Shown here piece after piece: positions 44,496-54,938 of a stretch of 64,000 nt of DNA. Below the pieces are notes generated by a model. The model was given only the letters and a program-made list of their open reading frames with translations. It was not told where the DNA came from and searched no databases. Both the position numbers and the translations under genes were made by a program. The stretch is taken from positions 416,001-480,000 of the forward strand of contig CBDCXM010000008.1 of assembly GCA_965223855.1 (NCBI GenBank), given 5' to 3'. The stretch comes from Candidatus Multivoradales bacterium (lineage in GTDB: Bacteria > Acidobacteriota > Thermoanaerobaculia > Multivoradales > JAHEKO01). Position 1 is the stretch's first letter. The number at the start of each line of letters is the position of its first letter.

Positions 44496-46837
44496 TTACG
44501 GCCCGTCAATCCGGTCGAGAGCCTCCAGTGCCGTCAGCAGGGAGTCGACGGCGGTGGAGCGGCGATCGAGTACGAGATCGGCTCCAGCGTCTTCATCGCC
44601 CTGAAGGGCGTCAGCGGCCACCTCGACCTGCTCGGCGACGGCCCCCAGGATCGGCAGCCAACCCGACTCCACAGCCGCGGGGAGCGCGACCAGCCACTGC
44701 AGGAGGATCTTCGCCCCCTCGAGCTCCGATCGGCAGGACGAGAGGGCACGGCAGTCCTCGACATCGGCGACCGCCTCCCGAACTTCGAGCCGCAGTCTCT
44801 CGACGACCTCCCCGGGCGCCTGCTCGGGTACCGAGAACACGTAGACCTCCTGCGAGGCAGTCGATGTGTTGCCGTGCGCGTCGTCAGCAGTCCAGACCAC
44901 GGTCGAAAGTCCAGCCGGGAAGCGAGAGTCGGCCGGCCCGTCGTGACGCACGAACACCCGGTCGCTGCAGGTATCGGACGCCGCGGCCTCGCCGAGGTCG
45001 ACTCGAAACGGCGCTCCGGTCGTCGCCAACGCGTACACGGTGGGAGGTGGGGCATGAAAGGGGGTTCGGAGTCGAGCACCTGCACGATCAGGGAATCCGT
45101 ACTGACGACTCCGGCACTGTCTTCGACCGCGAGCGTCATGTGGTGGAGGCCGAAGTCGAGATGGCGCGGCCACAGAGTCACCCTGGATCCAGCGCCCAGG
45201 AAGCGTTCGCCGAGTTGAGCGTAGTCCTCCCACCACTCGTAGGCGGTCGGGGGAAGCGAGGCGTAAATGTCGAACGAGCCTGCGGCGTCGAGGACAATCG
45301 GGTCCCTGTTCCTACCCTCGACGCACTCGGAGTGCGCCTTCGACTCGCGCGTATCCGCCACCGGAGCGAAGTTCTCGAACCTGCCGGTCAGGTCGACCAG
45401 AAGCTCGACCGTAGCCGGGTCTCCATCGACTTCCACGGCTGCCCGAACCGGCCCGCCGCGAAGGCGGAACGAGCGCTGGGTGTGATCGACCAGAATCGAC
45501 ATCGCCAGATTGGTCCCCGACGCGACCGTCCACTGCCCGTCCTGGCGAGCGCCCAGTTCGGCCTCCATCGCTCCGGGAGCGATTCGATAGCGATCGCATG
45601 GACTCGCAACCAGTGGCGGACTGTCGGCGCAGGCTGCGTCGAAGGGAGAGCCGAGCACCAGCGACAGATCCTCGAACCCTCCGATCGAGCCGATGCTCAG
45701 GGCGATGCTCCGAACCGAGAGCTTCTGCAGCAGCTGCCCTGCATCGAACTCAGGCTCGAAGTGAAGTCGTCCGGAGACCGCTCGAACATAGTGCCGACCC
45801 TGCACCTGCACTCTCGCCAGAGAAGTTGCCGGCTCGAAGACGACCTCCGAATGCCTGAGAAAGCGGTTCGCCGGGACGGAGAGCGGCGAGGTCTTCGCCT
45901 GGTCGGCCGGGCAGCTGCCGATTCGCAGGCACTCAGCCTGCGGCACTGCGCATTGAAACGCCGGCAGTTGCGAGAACACCTCGTTGCAGCTCGCTACCGC
46001 CTTGGTCTGCATCTGAGAGATGAAGGCCAGGTCGAAGGCGCCGCCGACCCTGGGCACCGCGTAGCAGTCCTCCGCCACGTGCAGGGAATGGGCATTGACG
46101 CCGCAGGGCCCGGGCCGGGTTCGGGGCTTGAGCAGCACCACGTACATCGCGCGATCGGCGACCGTCAGCCCCGCAGGGAACTGGGGATTGCCGGCGGAGT
46201 TCCCAGGAATCGCGAGCTCGGCGGCCGTCGCGACCCGTCGCTTGTAGAGATCGAGATCGACGGTCTGCCCCGCCGGAGCTCCGGCCGTGCGGTCGGGGAA
46301 GGTGGTCCTCAGAGTGTGATTGGACCCGTCGAGAGGATTCACTACCGGCACGAAGTCCGCACTCAGCCAGGCGGGGGCGACCGTGGCCCTCGAGTCGTAG
46401 GCGACGAAGAGCTCACCCAGGGGAGATGTGCCGCTGACCGGCGTCGGCCTGAAGACGAAATGCTGGGCTGCAGTGGAGCCGGAGTCCGCCTGCCGGGTCT
46501 GGACGAGACTCGCACCCGCGAGACCCGGATCGCTCGAACCGAGTACCGTGAAGTTTCCGGGGTCGCAATAGAGCTGGGCTCCGCTGATCGAACCAGCCTG
46601 CTGCTGGTAGCAGGAGCTACCCGGAGCCGGCGTCGGCTGGAGGGTCGAGATCGTCAGCGGGCTCGGAACGGGCGGGCACTTCAGCACCGGAACCCGACAC
46701 TGCATCTTGTCGGCCGACTGCTCTCCGACGATCCCGACCGCGCAGCCGGAGGCTACGAGGGCGACGACAGCGCAGAAGGCACGCACGAGGCCTCTGGCGT
46801 CACTTTCAGCGAATCGGTCCGGCGTGGTCACTTCCAT
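44496..46837 (-). pseudogene. Cys-rich lipoprotein with PKD/HYR-like domains, split by a -1 frameshift near 45060
   Basis: ASGC lipobox. Frame 1 reads sensibly to ...VQVLDSEPPF; the -1 frame continues FHAPPPTVY...ASDTCS...FPAGLSTVVWTADDAHGNTSTASQEV (HYR-like) to the stop at 44496. Confidence 0.65.
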
Positions 46838-47005
46838 CACACTTCCCTCCAGAGTCCTTCGAGGAGGAGTCTCAGTCGGACTCCCTGTGTCCGGATTCGG
46901 GGCCACGCGAACCAGCCTCATTCCTCTTGGGCGCGTGCCCGCAGCGGAGCGTTACAGCGCGCCCGGACACCCCGCACTCCGACGACGACCTGTTATCCTC
47001 GGAAC

Positions 47006-47056
47006 ATGCTGGATTCCACAGCGAACCCCGCAATCTCGATTCCTCAGCGCAACTGA
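47006..47056 (+). CDS. Putative ileS leader peptide MLDSTANPAISIPQRN
   Basis: ATG lies 6 nt after the extended -10 TGTTATCCT (46991-46999); Ile codons ATC 47033 and ATT 47039; followed by attenuator hairpins. Confidence 0.65.
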   Translation: MLDSTANPAISIPQRN

Positions 47057-47109
47057 GCGAGGCGAAGCACCACCGATACCAACGGCCTCGCTTCCCGCGA
47101 GGCCGTTTT
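47057..47109 (+). terminator. Attenuator: antiterminator arm GCGAGGC (47057-47063) and terminator 47081-47109
   Basis: AACGGCCTCGC-ttccc-GCGAGGCCGTT-TT. GCGAGGC after the leader stop is complementary to the terminator 5' arm. Confidence 0.7.
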
Positions 47110-47125
47110 GCATGGGCTTGATACG

Positions 47126-49948
47126 ATGACCGAAGAGACCTCCACCGTCGACGCAGCCAAGGAGCGCAAGAAGCGCTACAAGAAGAGCCTCAATCTGCCG
47201 AAGACCGCCTTCCCCATGAAGGCGAACCTCGGTCAGAACGAGCCGCAGTCGCAGAAGCGCTGGGACGCCCTCGACCTCTACTCCGCCGCGCTCGAGGCGC
47301 GCGCCGGTGCCGAGCCGTTCGTCTTCCACGACGGCCCGCCCTACGCCAACGGCTCCATCCACGTCGGCCACCTGCTCAACCGGGTGCTCAAGGACTTCGT
47401 CGTCCGCACCCGGCTGCTCGCCGGAAGGCACTGCCCCTTCATTCCCGGCTGGGACTGCCACGGCCTGCCGATCGAGCACAAGGTGATGACCGAGCTGCAG
47501 GAGAAGGGCAAGCTCGACAGGCTCAACGCTCTCGACGACGACTCCCGCCGGATGGCGATCCGGCGGGAGTGCCGTCGCGACGCCGAGAAGTACCAGAAGC
47601 TCCAGACGCAGCAGATGCGTCGCTTGTCGACGCTCGCAGACTACGAGCACCCCTACCTGACGATGAGCCCGGAGTTCGAGCGCGCGGCGCTCGAGGTGTT
47701 CGCCGCGATGGTCGAACAGGGGCTCGTCTACCGCGACCTCAAGCCGGTGCACTGGTCGATCGCCAACGAGACCGCGCTCGCCGAGGCGGAGCTCGAGTAC
47801 TTCGATCGCACCGACCCTTCCGTCTTCGTCGCCTTCGAGGCCGAGGACGCCGCTGAGCTCGGGCACCTGTTCGACGTCGAGATCGACGAGCCGGTGTCGT
47901 TCCTCATCTGGACGACCACACCGTGGACGCTCCCTGCCAACCTGCTGATCGCCGCCCACAAGGACTTCAAGTACGCCCTCGGTCGGCTCGACGGGCGGCT
48001 GCTGGTGGTCGCCGACGAGCTCTCCTCCAGGGTTGCCGACCTCGCCGGTGCGAGCTTCGACAAGCTCGGTGAGGCGACCGGCTTCGAGCTCGCCGGCCAG
48101 AGCTACCGTCACCCGTTCATCGACCGCCGCGGACGGATCGTCAACGCCGCCTACGTCACTCTCGAGGACGGTACCGGCCTCGTCCACACCGCCCCCGGCC
48201 ACGGTCACGACGACTACCAGACCGGTCTCGCCGAAGGGACCGAGATCTACTCGCCGGTGCAGGGCGACGGTACGTTCGACGACTCGGTGCCCGAGTGGCT
48301 CCGCGGCCGCTCGGTGTGGGAAGCCAACGAGCTCATTCCCGAGCGACTCGCCGAGTCGGGCCACCTCGTCGCCGCCGAGGACTACCATCACTCCTACCCC
48401 CACGACTGGCGCTCCAAGACCCCGGTGATCTTCCGTGCCACGGAGCAGTGGTTCGCGGCCGTCGACAAGCCGGCCGAGCGCGACGGCCGATCGCTCCGGG
48501 AGGCGGCCCTCGCCGCCACCGCGGAGACGATCGACTTCATCCCCGCGTGGGGCTCCAAGAGGATGAACGGCATGCTCGAGTCGCGCCCGGACTGGTGCCT
48601 GTCGCGCCAGCGCTCGTGGGGACTGCCGATCCCCGCCTTCCGGACTGCCGATGGCGCCATCTTCCTGACGACCGCCTCCACCCGCGCGGTTGCCGCCGCG
48701 ATCGGCCGCGAAGGGAGCGACGCCTGGTTCCTGCGCTCACCGGCGGAGCTGCTGGCGGACTACGACCCTGCTTCGGACCCCGACGCCCCGGACGGCCTCG
48801 ACCCCTCCTCGCTCACCAAAATGTACGACATCTTCGACGTCTGGTTCGAGTCGGGGTCGTCGTGGAGTGAGCCGATGGTCGGCCGCGGATCGAGCTACCC
48901 GGTCGATCTCTACCTCGAAGGCTCCGATCAGCATCGCGGCTGGTTTCAGTCGTCGCTCCTGTGCGGCCTCGGCGCACGGGGTGAGGCGCCCTACAAGGCC
49001 CTCCTGACCCACGGCTTCATGGTCGACAAGGAGGGGAAGAAAATGTCGAAGTCGGGCGGCAACGCGCTGGAGGTCGAGGAACTCCTGCGCGACTTCGGCA
49101 CCGACGTCTGCCGCTGGTGGGTGAGCTCGCTCGCCTACGAGAACGACATCAAGGTCGACATGGAGTTCTTCCAGCTCGCCGGCGAGAGCTATCGCAAGGT
49201 GAGAAACACTCTGCGCTTCCTGCTCTCCAACCTCTCCGACTTCGACCCGCAGTCGAGCGCCGATCTCGAAACGCTCGACCCGACTACCCTCGACGCCTGG
49301 GCGCTCGAGCAGGCGACCGAGCTGCGGGCGAAGGTGATGGGGGCCTACGAGCGCTACGAGTTCCGGCGGGCTCACCTCCTGCTGTTCGACTTCTGCAACG
49401 ACACTCTGTCGTCGTTCTACCTCGACGCGCTCAAGGACCGCCTCTACTGCGACCGCCCCGACTCCGAGCGCCGGCTCCGGGCGCAGAGCGTGATGTGGAA
49501 GCTCACCGAGCTCCTGTCGACGCTTCTTGCGCCGCTGCTCCCCCACACTGCCGACGAAGCGTGGCGCGAGCTTCACGGCGAGGACGCCTGCGTCCATCTC
49601 GAGACCGCCACACGGCTGTTCGGCAGCGCCGATCCCGACTGGGCGGAGGTCGTCGCCGCGCGCGAGGCGGCGCTCAAGGCGCTCGAGAACTCCGACATCG
49701 AGAACAAGCTCGACGCCGGCCTGCGGCTCGCCGATCCCGACGGCACGCTCGCCCGCTTCGCCCCCGACCTGCCGAGCGCCTTCGGTGTCTCCCGCGTTCA
49801 GCTCGACGGCGAAGGGCCCCCCGAGGTGCTCGACCTGCGCGGCGAGCCGCGCTGCGAGCGCTCGTGGTTGCGCGACGGCACGGTGAGCGAACGCGAGGAC
49901 GGCGGCTGGCTGAGCGACCGCGACGCCGAAGCAGCCGGCGTCAGCTAG
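47126..49948 (+). CDS. ileS: Isoleucine-tRNA ligase (type 1)
   Basis: HDGPPYANG.IHVGH, GWDCHGLPIE, WTTTPWTL, DWCLSRQR.WG, EGSDQHRGWF, KMSKS. Confidence 0.97.
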   Translation: MTEETSTVDAAKERKKRYKKSLNLPKTAFPMKANLGQNEPQSQKRWDALDLYSAALEARAGAEPFVFHDGPPYANGSIHVGHLLNRVLKDFVVRTRLLAGRHCPFIPGWDCHGLPIEHKVMTELQEKGKLDRLNALDDDSRRMAIRRECRRDAEKYQKLQTQQMRRLSTLADYEHPYLTMSPEFERAALEVFAAMVEQGLVYRDLKPVHWSIANETALAEAELEYFDRTDPSVFVAFEAEDAAELGHLFDVEIDEPVSFLIWTTTPWTLPANLLIAAHKDFKYALGRLDGRLLVVADELSSRVADLAGASFDKLGEATGFELAGQSYRHPFIDRRGRIVNAAYVTLEDGTGLVHTAPGHGHDDYQTGLAEGTEIYSPVQGDGTFDDSVPEWLRGRSVWEANELIPERLAESGHLVAAEDYHHSYPHDWRSKTPVIFRATEQWFAAVDKPAERDGRSLREAALAATAETIDFIPAWGSKRMNGMLESRPDWCLSRQRSWGLPIPAFRTADGAIFLTTASTRAVAAAIGREGSDAWFLRSPAELLADYDPASDPDAPDGLDPSSLTKMYDIFDVWFESGSSWSEPMVGRGSSYPVDLYLEGSDQHRGWFQSSLLCGLGARGEAPYKALLTHGFMVDKEGKKMSKSGGNALEVEELLRDFGTDVCRWWVSSLAYENDIKVDMEFFQLAGESYRKVRNTLRFLLSNLSDFDPQSSADLETLDPTTLDAWALEQATELRAKVMGAYERYEFRRAHLLLFDFCNDTLSSFYLDALKDRLYCDRPDSERRLRAQSVMWKLTELLSTLLAPLLPHTADEAWRELHGEDACVHLETATRLFGSADPDWAEVVAAREAALKALENSDIENKLDAGLRLADPDGTLARFAPDLPSAFGVSRVQLDGEGPPEVLDLRGEPRCERSWLRDGTVSEREDGGWLSDRDAEAAGVS

Positions 49949-50592
49949 CGCTCAGGCTCTACCTCGGAGGCGACCTCGAACTCGATCAGCTCCACCGGGA
50001 TCACCATGTTGCCGGAGATCCGCACCATCAGGTTGACCCCGGTCACCGGATTGCCGTTGGTGTTGTACCAGGCCCTCTGCCTGCCGTGGAACCCCTGACC
50101 GTTGGTGGTCGCCGAGCGTCCTCCCACGCTGCCGAAGGCGTCGAAGCCGAGCGCCAGGCCGACGAACTTCGGAATCTCGAAAGGCACCGAGACCGAAACC
50201 GCGTTGAAGGCGTAAGGCTGCGGGTCCAGCACCGTGATCCCGGTGCTCATCGTCCCGTAGGCCCTTCCGAAAACGACCAGCGCGTCGTCGTAGAGGCCGA
50301 GCGCGCCCTGGTACCAGGAGACGCCGGTGATCGTCCCGCTGCTCAGGTTCTGCCCGTTCTGCGTGGCGAAGACGTTGCCGTAGTACCCCGCGTCGTAGCT
50401 GGGGCCGTTGCGGTAGAAGTCGTCGGCGGGAGCGCCCGGGTCGTAGCGCACCACGCCGGTCCCTTCGAGCGGGCCCCGCCGGAGAGTCGGGTTCAGCGAG
50501 CGGTCGAGGTTCCGCGGGCGCTCGTCGGCAGCGCCAACCGTGAGGCTGCAGCAGACGGCGAAGAGGAGCGCGATGAGTGGGCGACTCTTCAT
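49945..50592 (-). CDS. Exported beta-rich hypothetical protein with C-terminal IPVELIEFEV tail
   Basis: Signal peptide, RYDPG motif, PVEL tail; similar architecture to 61798..62439. Confidence 0.75.
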   Translation of the reverse strand: MKSRPLIALLFAVCCSLTVGAADERPRNLDRSLNPTLRRGPLEGTGVVRYDPGAPADDFYRNGPSYDAGYYGNVFATQNGQNLSSGTITGVSWYQGALGLYDDALVVFGRAYGTMSTGITVLDPQPYAFNAVSVSVPFEIPKFVGLALGFDAFGSVGGRSATTNGQGFHGRQRAWYNTNGNPVTGVNLMVRISGNMVIPVELIEFEVASEVEPER

Positions 50593-50597
50593 CTCGA

Positions 50598-50740
50598 AGT
50601 TTCGGTGACAGGTTACCTTTCCCGGGGGCGTCGGTGGGAGTTCGAGATAAGTAACCTGTCACCGAAACTCCCCCGGTGGGAGTTCGAGATAAGTAACCTG
50701 TCACCGAAACTCCACACCGAAACTCCTGTCACCGAAACTC
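50598..50740. repeat. REP/REPIN-like cluster built on CTGTCACCGAAACT
   Basis: 40-nt direct repeat at 50632 and 50674, partial copies at 50715 and 50725, inverted copy AGTTTCGGTGACAGGTTAC at 50598-50616. Confidence 0.85.
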
Positions 50741-50801
50741 TCCGTGTTGCACCCTCCCCCGGCTGCCGCTAACCTCGCCCGGCGCTTTCCAAGGGGTACC
50801 C

Positions 50802-53342
<2,541 letters not shown>

Positions 53343-53406
53343 GGGGGGCGGCCGGAGGAGGTTCGAGCCGGCCTCCGACCGGCGCCGCGGCTGATAGCGT
53401 CTCACA

Positions 53407-54894
53407 ATGACCTCGCGACGCCTCGCCACCCCCCTCTCCCTCGTTGCACTGACGGCCTGGCTCCTCGTCGGGAGCCTCGCGACCGGCGACCGGCAGCGAG
53501 ACCCCGTACTCGACGCGGCCGCAGGGCATCTGGAGCTGCCGGACGACCCCTTCGAGGCGGTCGACCGCACCCTGCAGGCCCGCACGCCGAGGCGGGTCGT
53601 CGAGCGCGGCGGCGTCGTCAGCGTCCAGGTGAACGTCGATGAGAACGGCGACAACATCGTCGGTGACGCCGCCAACGAGCCGTCGATCGCCGTCGACCCG
53701 AACGATCCGTCCCGCATGGTCATCGGCTGGCGCCAGTTCGACACCGTCTCGAGCAATTTCCGTCAGGCGGGCGTCGCCTACTCCCACGACGGCGGTGAGA
53801 CCTGGACCTTCCCGTTCTCGATCGACGCAGGAATCTTCCGCTCCGACCCGGTACTCGCCGTCGACAATCAGGGGGTCTTCTACTACTACGCGCTCGGCGT
53901 GCCGGGCGGCAGTAACTTCGTCAACGACATGTTCCTGTCGACCGACGGCGGCATGACGTGGGGGCCCCCTCTCTTCACCTGCGGCGGCGACAAGGCGTGG
54001 TTCACCCTCGATCGCACGGGCGGCCAGGGGGAGGGACACCTCTACGCCTTCTGGACGAGCTTCTTCACCTGCCAGGGAGGAGTCGGTCACTTCAACCGCT
54101 CGACCGACGGCGCCTTCAACTGGGACCCGGAGATCAACGTCCCGCAGGACCTGCGGTGGGGCACGCTCGATATCGACACAGCCGGCAACCTCTACCTCGT
54201 CGGCACCGGCACCGCAGGAATCGCCGTCGTGCGCTCCAGCAACGCGCAGGACGACACGCAGACGGTGATCTTCGACCAGGTGAACACGGTCGATCTCGGT
54301 GGATTCCTCGACGACCGCGTCGGCCCCAACCCGGGAGGGCTACTCGGCCAGGCGTGGATCGCCGTCGATCAGGGGGACGACGCGCTCTATGTCGCCGCCT
54401 CCGTCAACCCGCCGGGCGCCGACCCCCTCGATGCCAGCTTCTCCCGCTCGACCGACGGCGGAGTGACCTGGAGCCCGCCGGTCCGAGTCAACGACGACAC
54501 CTCGAGCTCCGCCTACCAGTGGTTCGGCACCATGTCCGCGGCTCCCAACGGCCGCATCGACTATGTCTGGAACGACACCCGCAACGATCCCGGCGGCGTC
54601 GACTCCGAGCTCTTCTACTCCTACTCGCTCGACGGCGGCCTGACCTGGGCGCCGAACCAGGCGATCTCTCCCGCCTTCGATCCACTCATCGGCCACCCGC
54701 AGCAGAACAAGATCGGCGACTACTACCACATGGTCTCGTTCGACGACGCCGCCCACCTCGCCTGGTCGGCGACCTTCAACGGCGAGCAGGACGTCTACTA
54801 CACGAGGATTCCGGCGCCGGCTTCGGGACCGGAGATCTTCGAAGACGGGTTCGAGTCGGGCGACACATCCGCCTGGACGAAGACCACGCCGTAG
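53407..54894 (+). CDS. Exported sialidase-like/BNR beta-propeller protein with C-terminal IFEDGFESGD tail
   Basis: ANEPSIAVDP, SxDGGxTW Asp-boxes, IGDYY, terminal EIFEDGFESGDTSAW. Confidence 0.8.
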   Translation: MTSRRLATPLSLVALTAWLLVGSLATGDRQRDPVLDAAAGHLELPDDPFEAVDRTLQARTPRRVVERGGVVSVQVNVDENGDNIVGDAANEPSIAVDPNDPSRMVIGWRQFDTVSSNFRQAGVAYSHDGGETWTFPFSIDAGIFRSDPVLAVDNQGVFYYYALGVPGGSNFVNDMFLSTDGGMTWGPPLFTCGGDKAWFTLDRTGGQGEGHLYAFWTSFFTCQGGVGHFNRSTDGAFNWDPEINVPQDLRWGTLDIDTAGNLYLVGTGTAGIAVVRSSNAQDDTQTVIFDQVNTVDLGGFLDDRVGPNPGGLLGQAWIAVDQGDDALYVAASVNPPGADPLDASFSRSTDGGVTWSPPVRVNDDTSSSAYQWFGTMSAAPNGRIDYVWNDTRNDPGGVDSELFYSYSLDGGLTWAPNQAISPAFDPLIGHPQQNKIGDYYHMVSFDDAAHLAWSATFNGEQDVYYTRIPAPASGPEIFEDGFESGDTSAWTKTTP

Positions 54895-54938
54895 ACGCGG
54901 CGCTTCTCAGCGGCCGGGAGAATCACTCTTCTCCTGTC

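Noticed and set aside
44402-47005. 884-aa plus-strand ORF
   Set aside because: Antisense shadow of the minus-strand lipoprotein with Arg/Pro-rich junk composition; only the last 16 codons are retained, as the ileS leader
46921-47125. T-box riboswitch upstream of ileS
   Set aside because: No stem I AGAGA/GNUG features and no UGGNACC T-box bulge; a leader-peptide attenuator explains the structure better
50598-50740. CRISPR array
   Set aside because: The repeats abut with no unique spacers, include an inverted copy, and there are no cas genes
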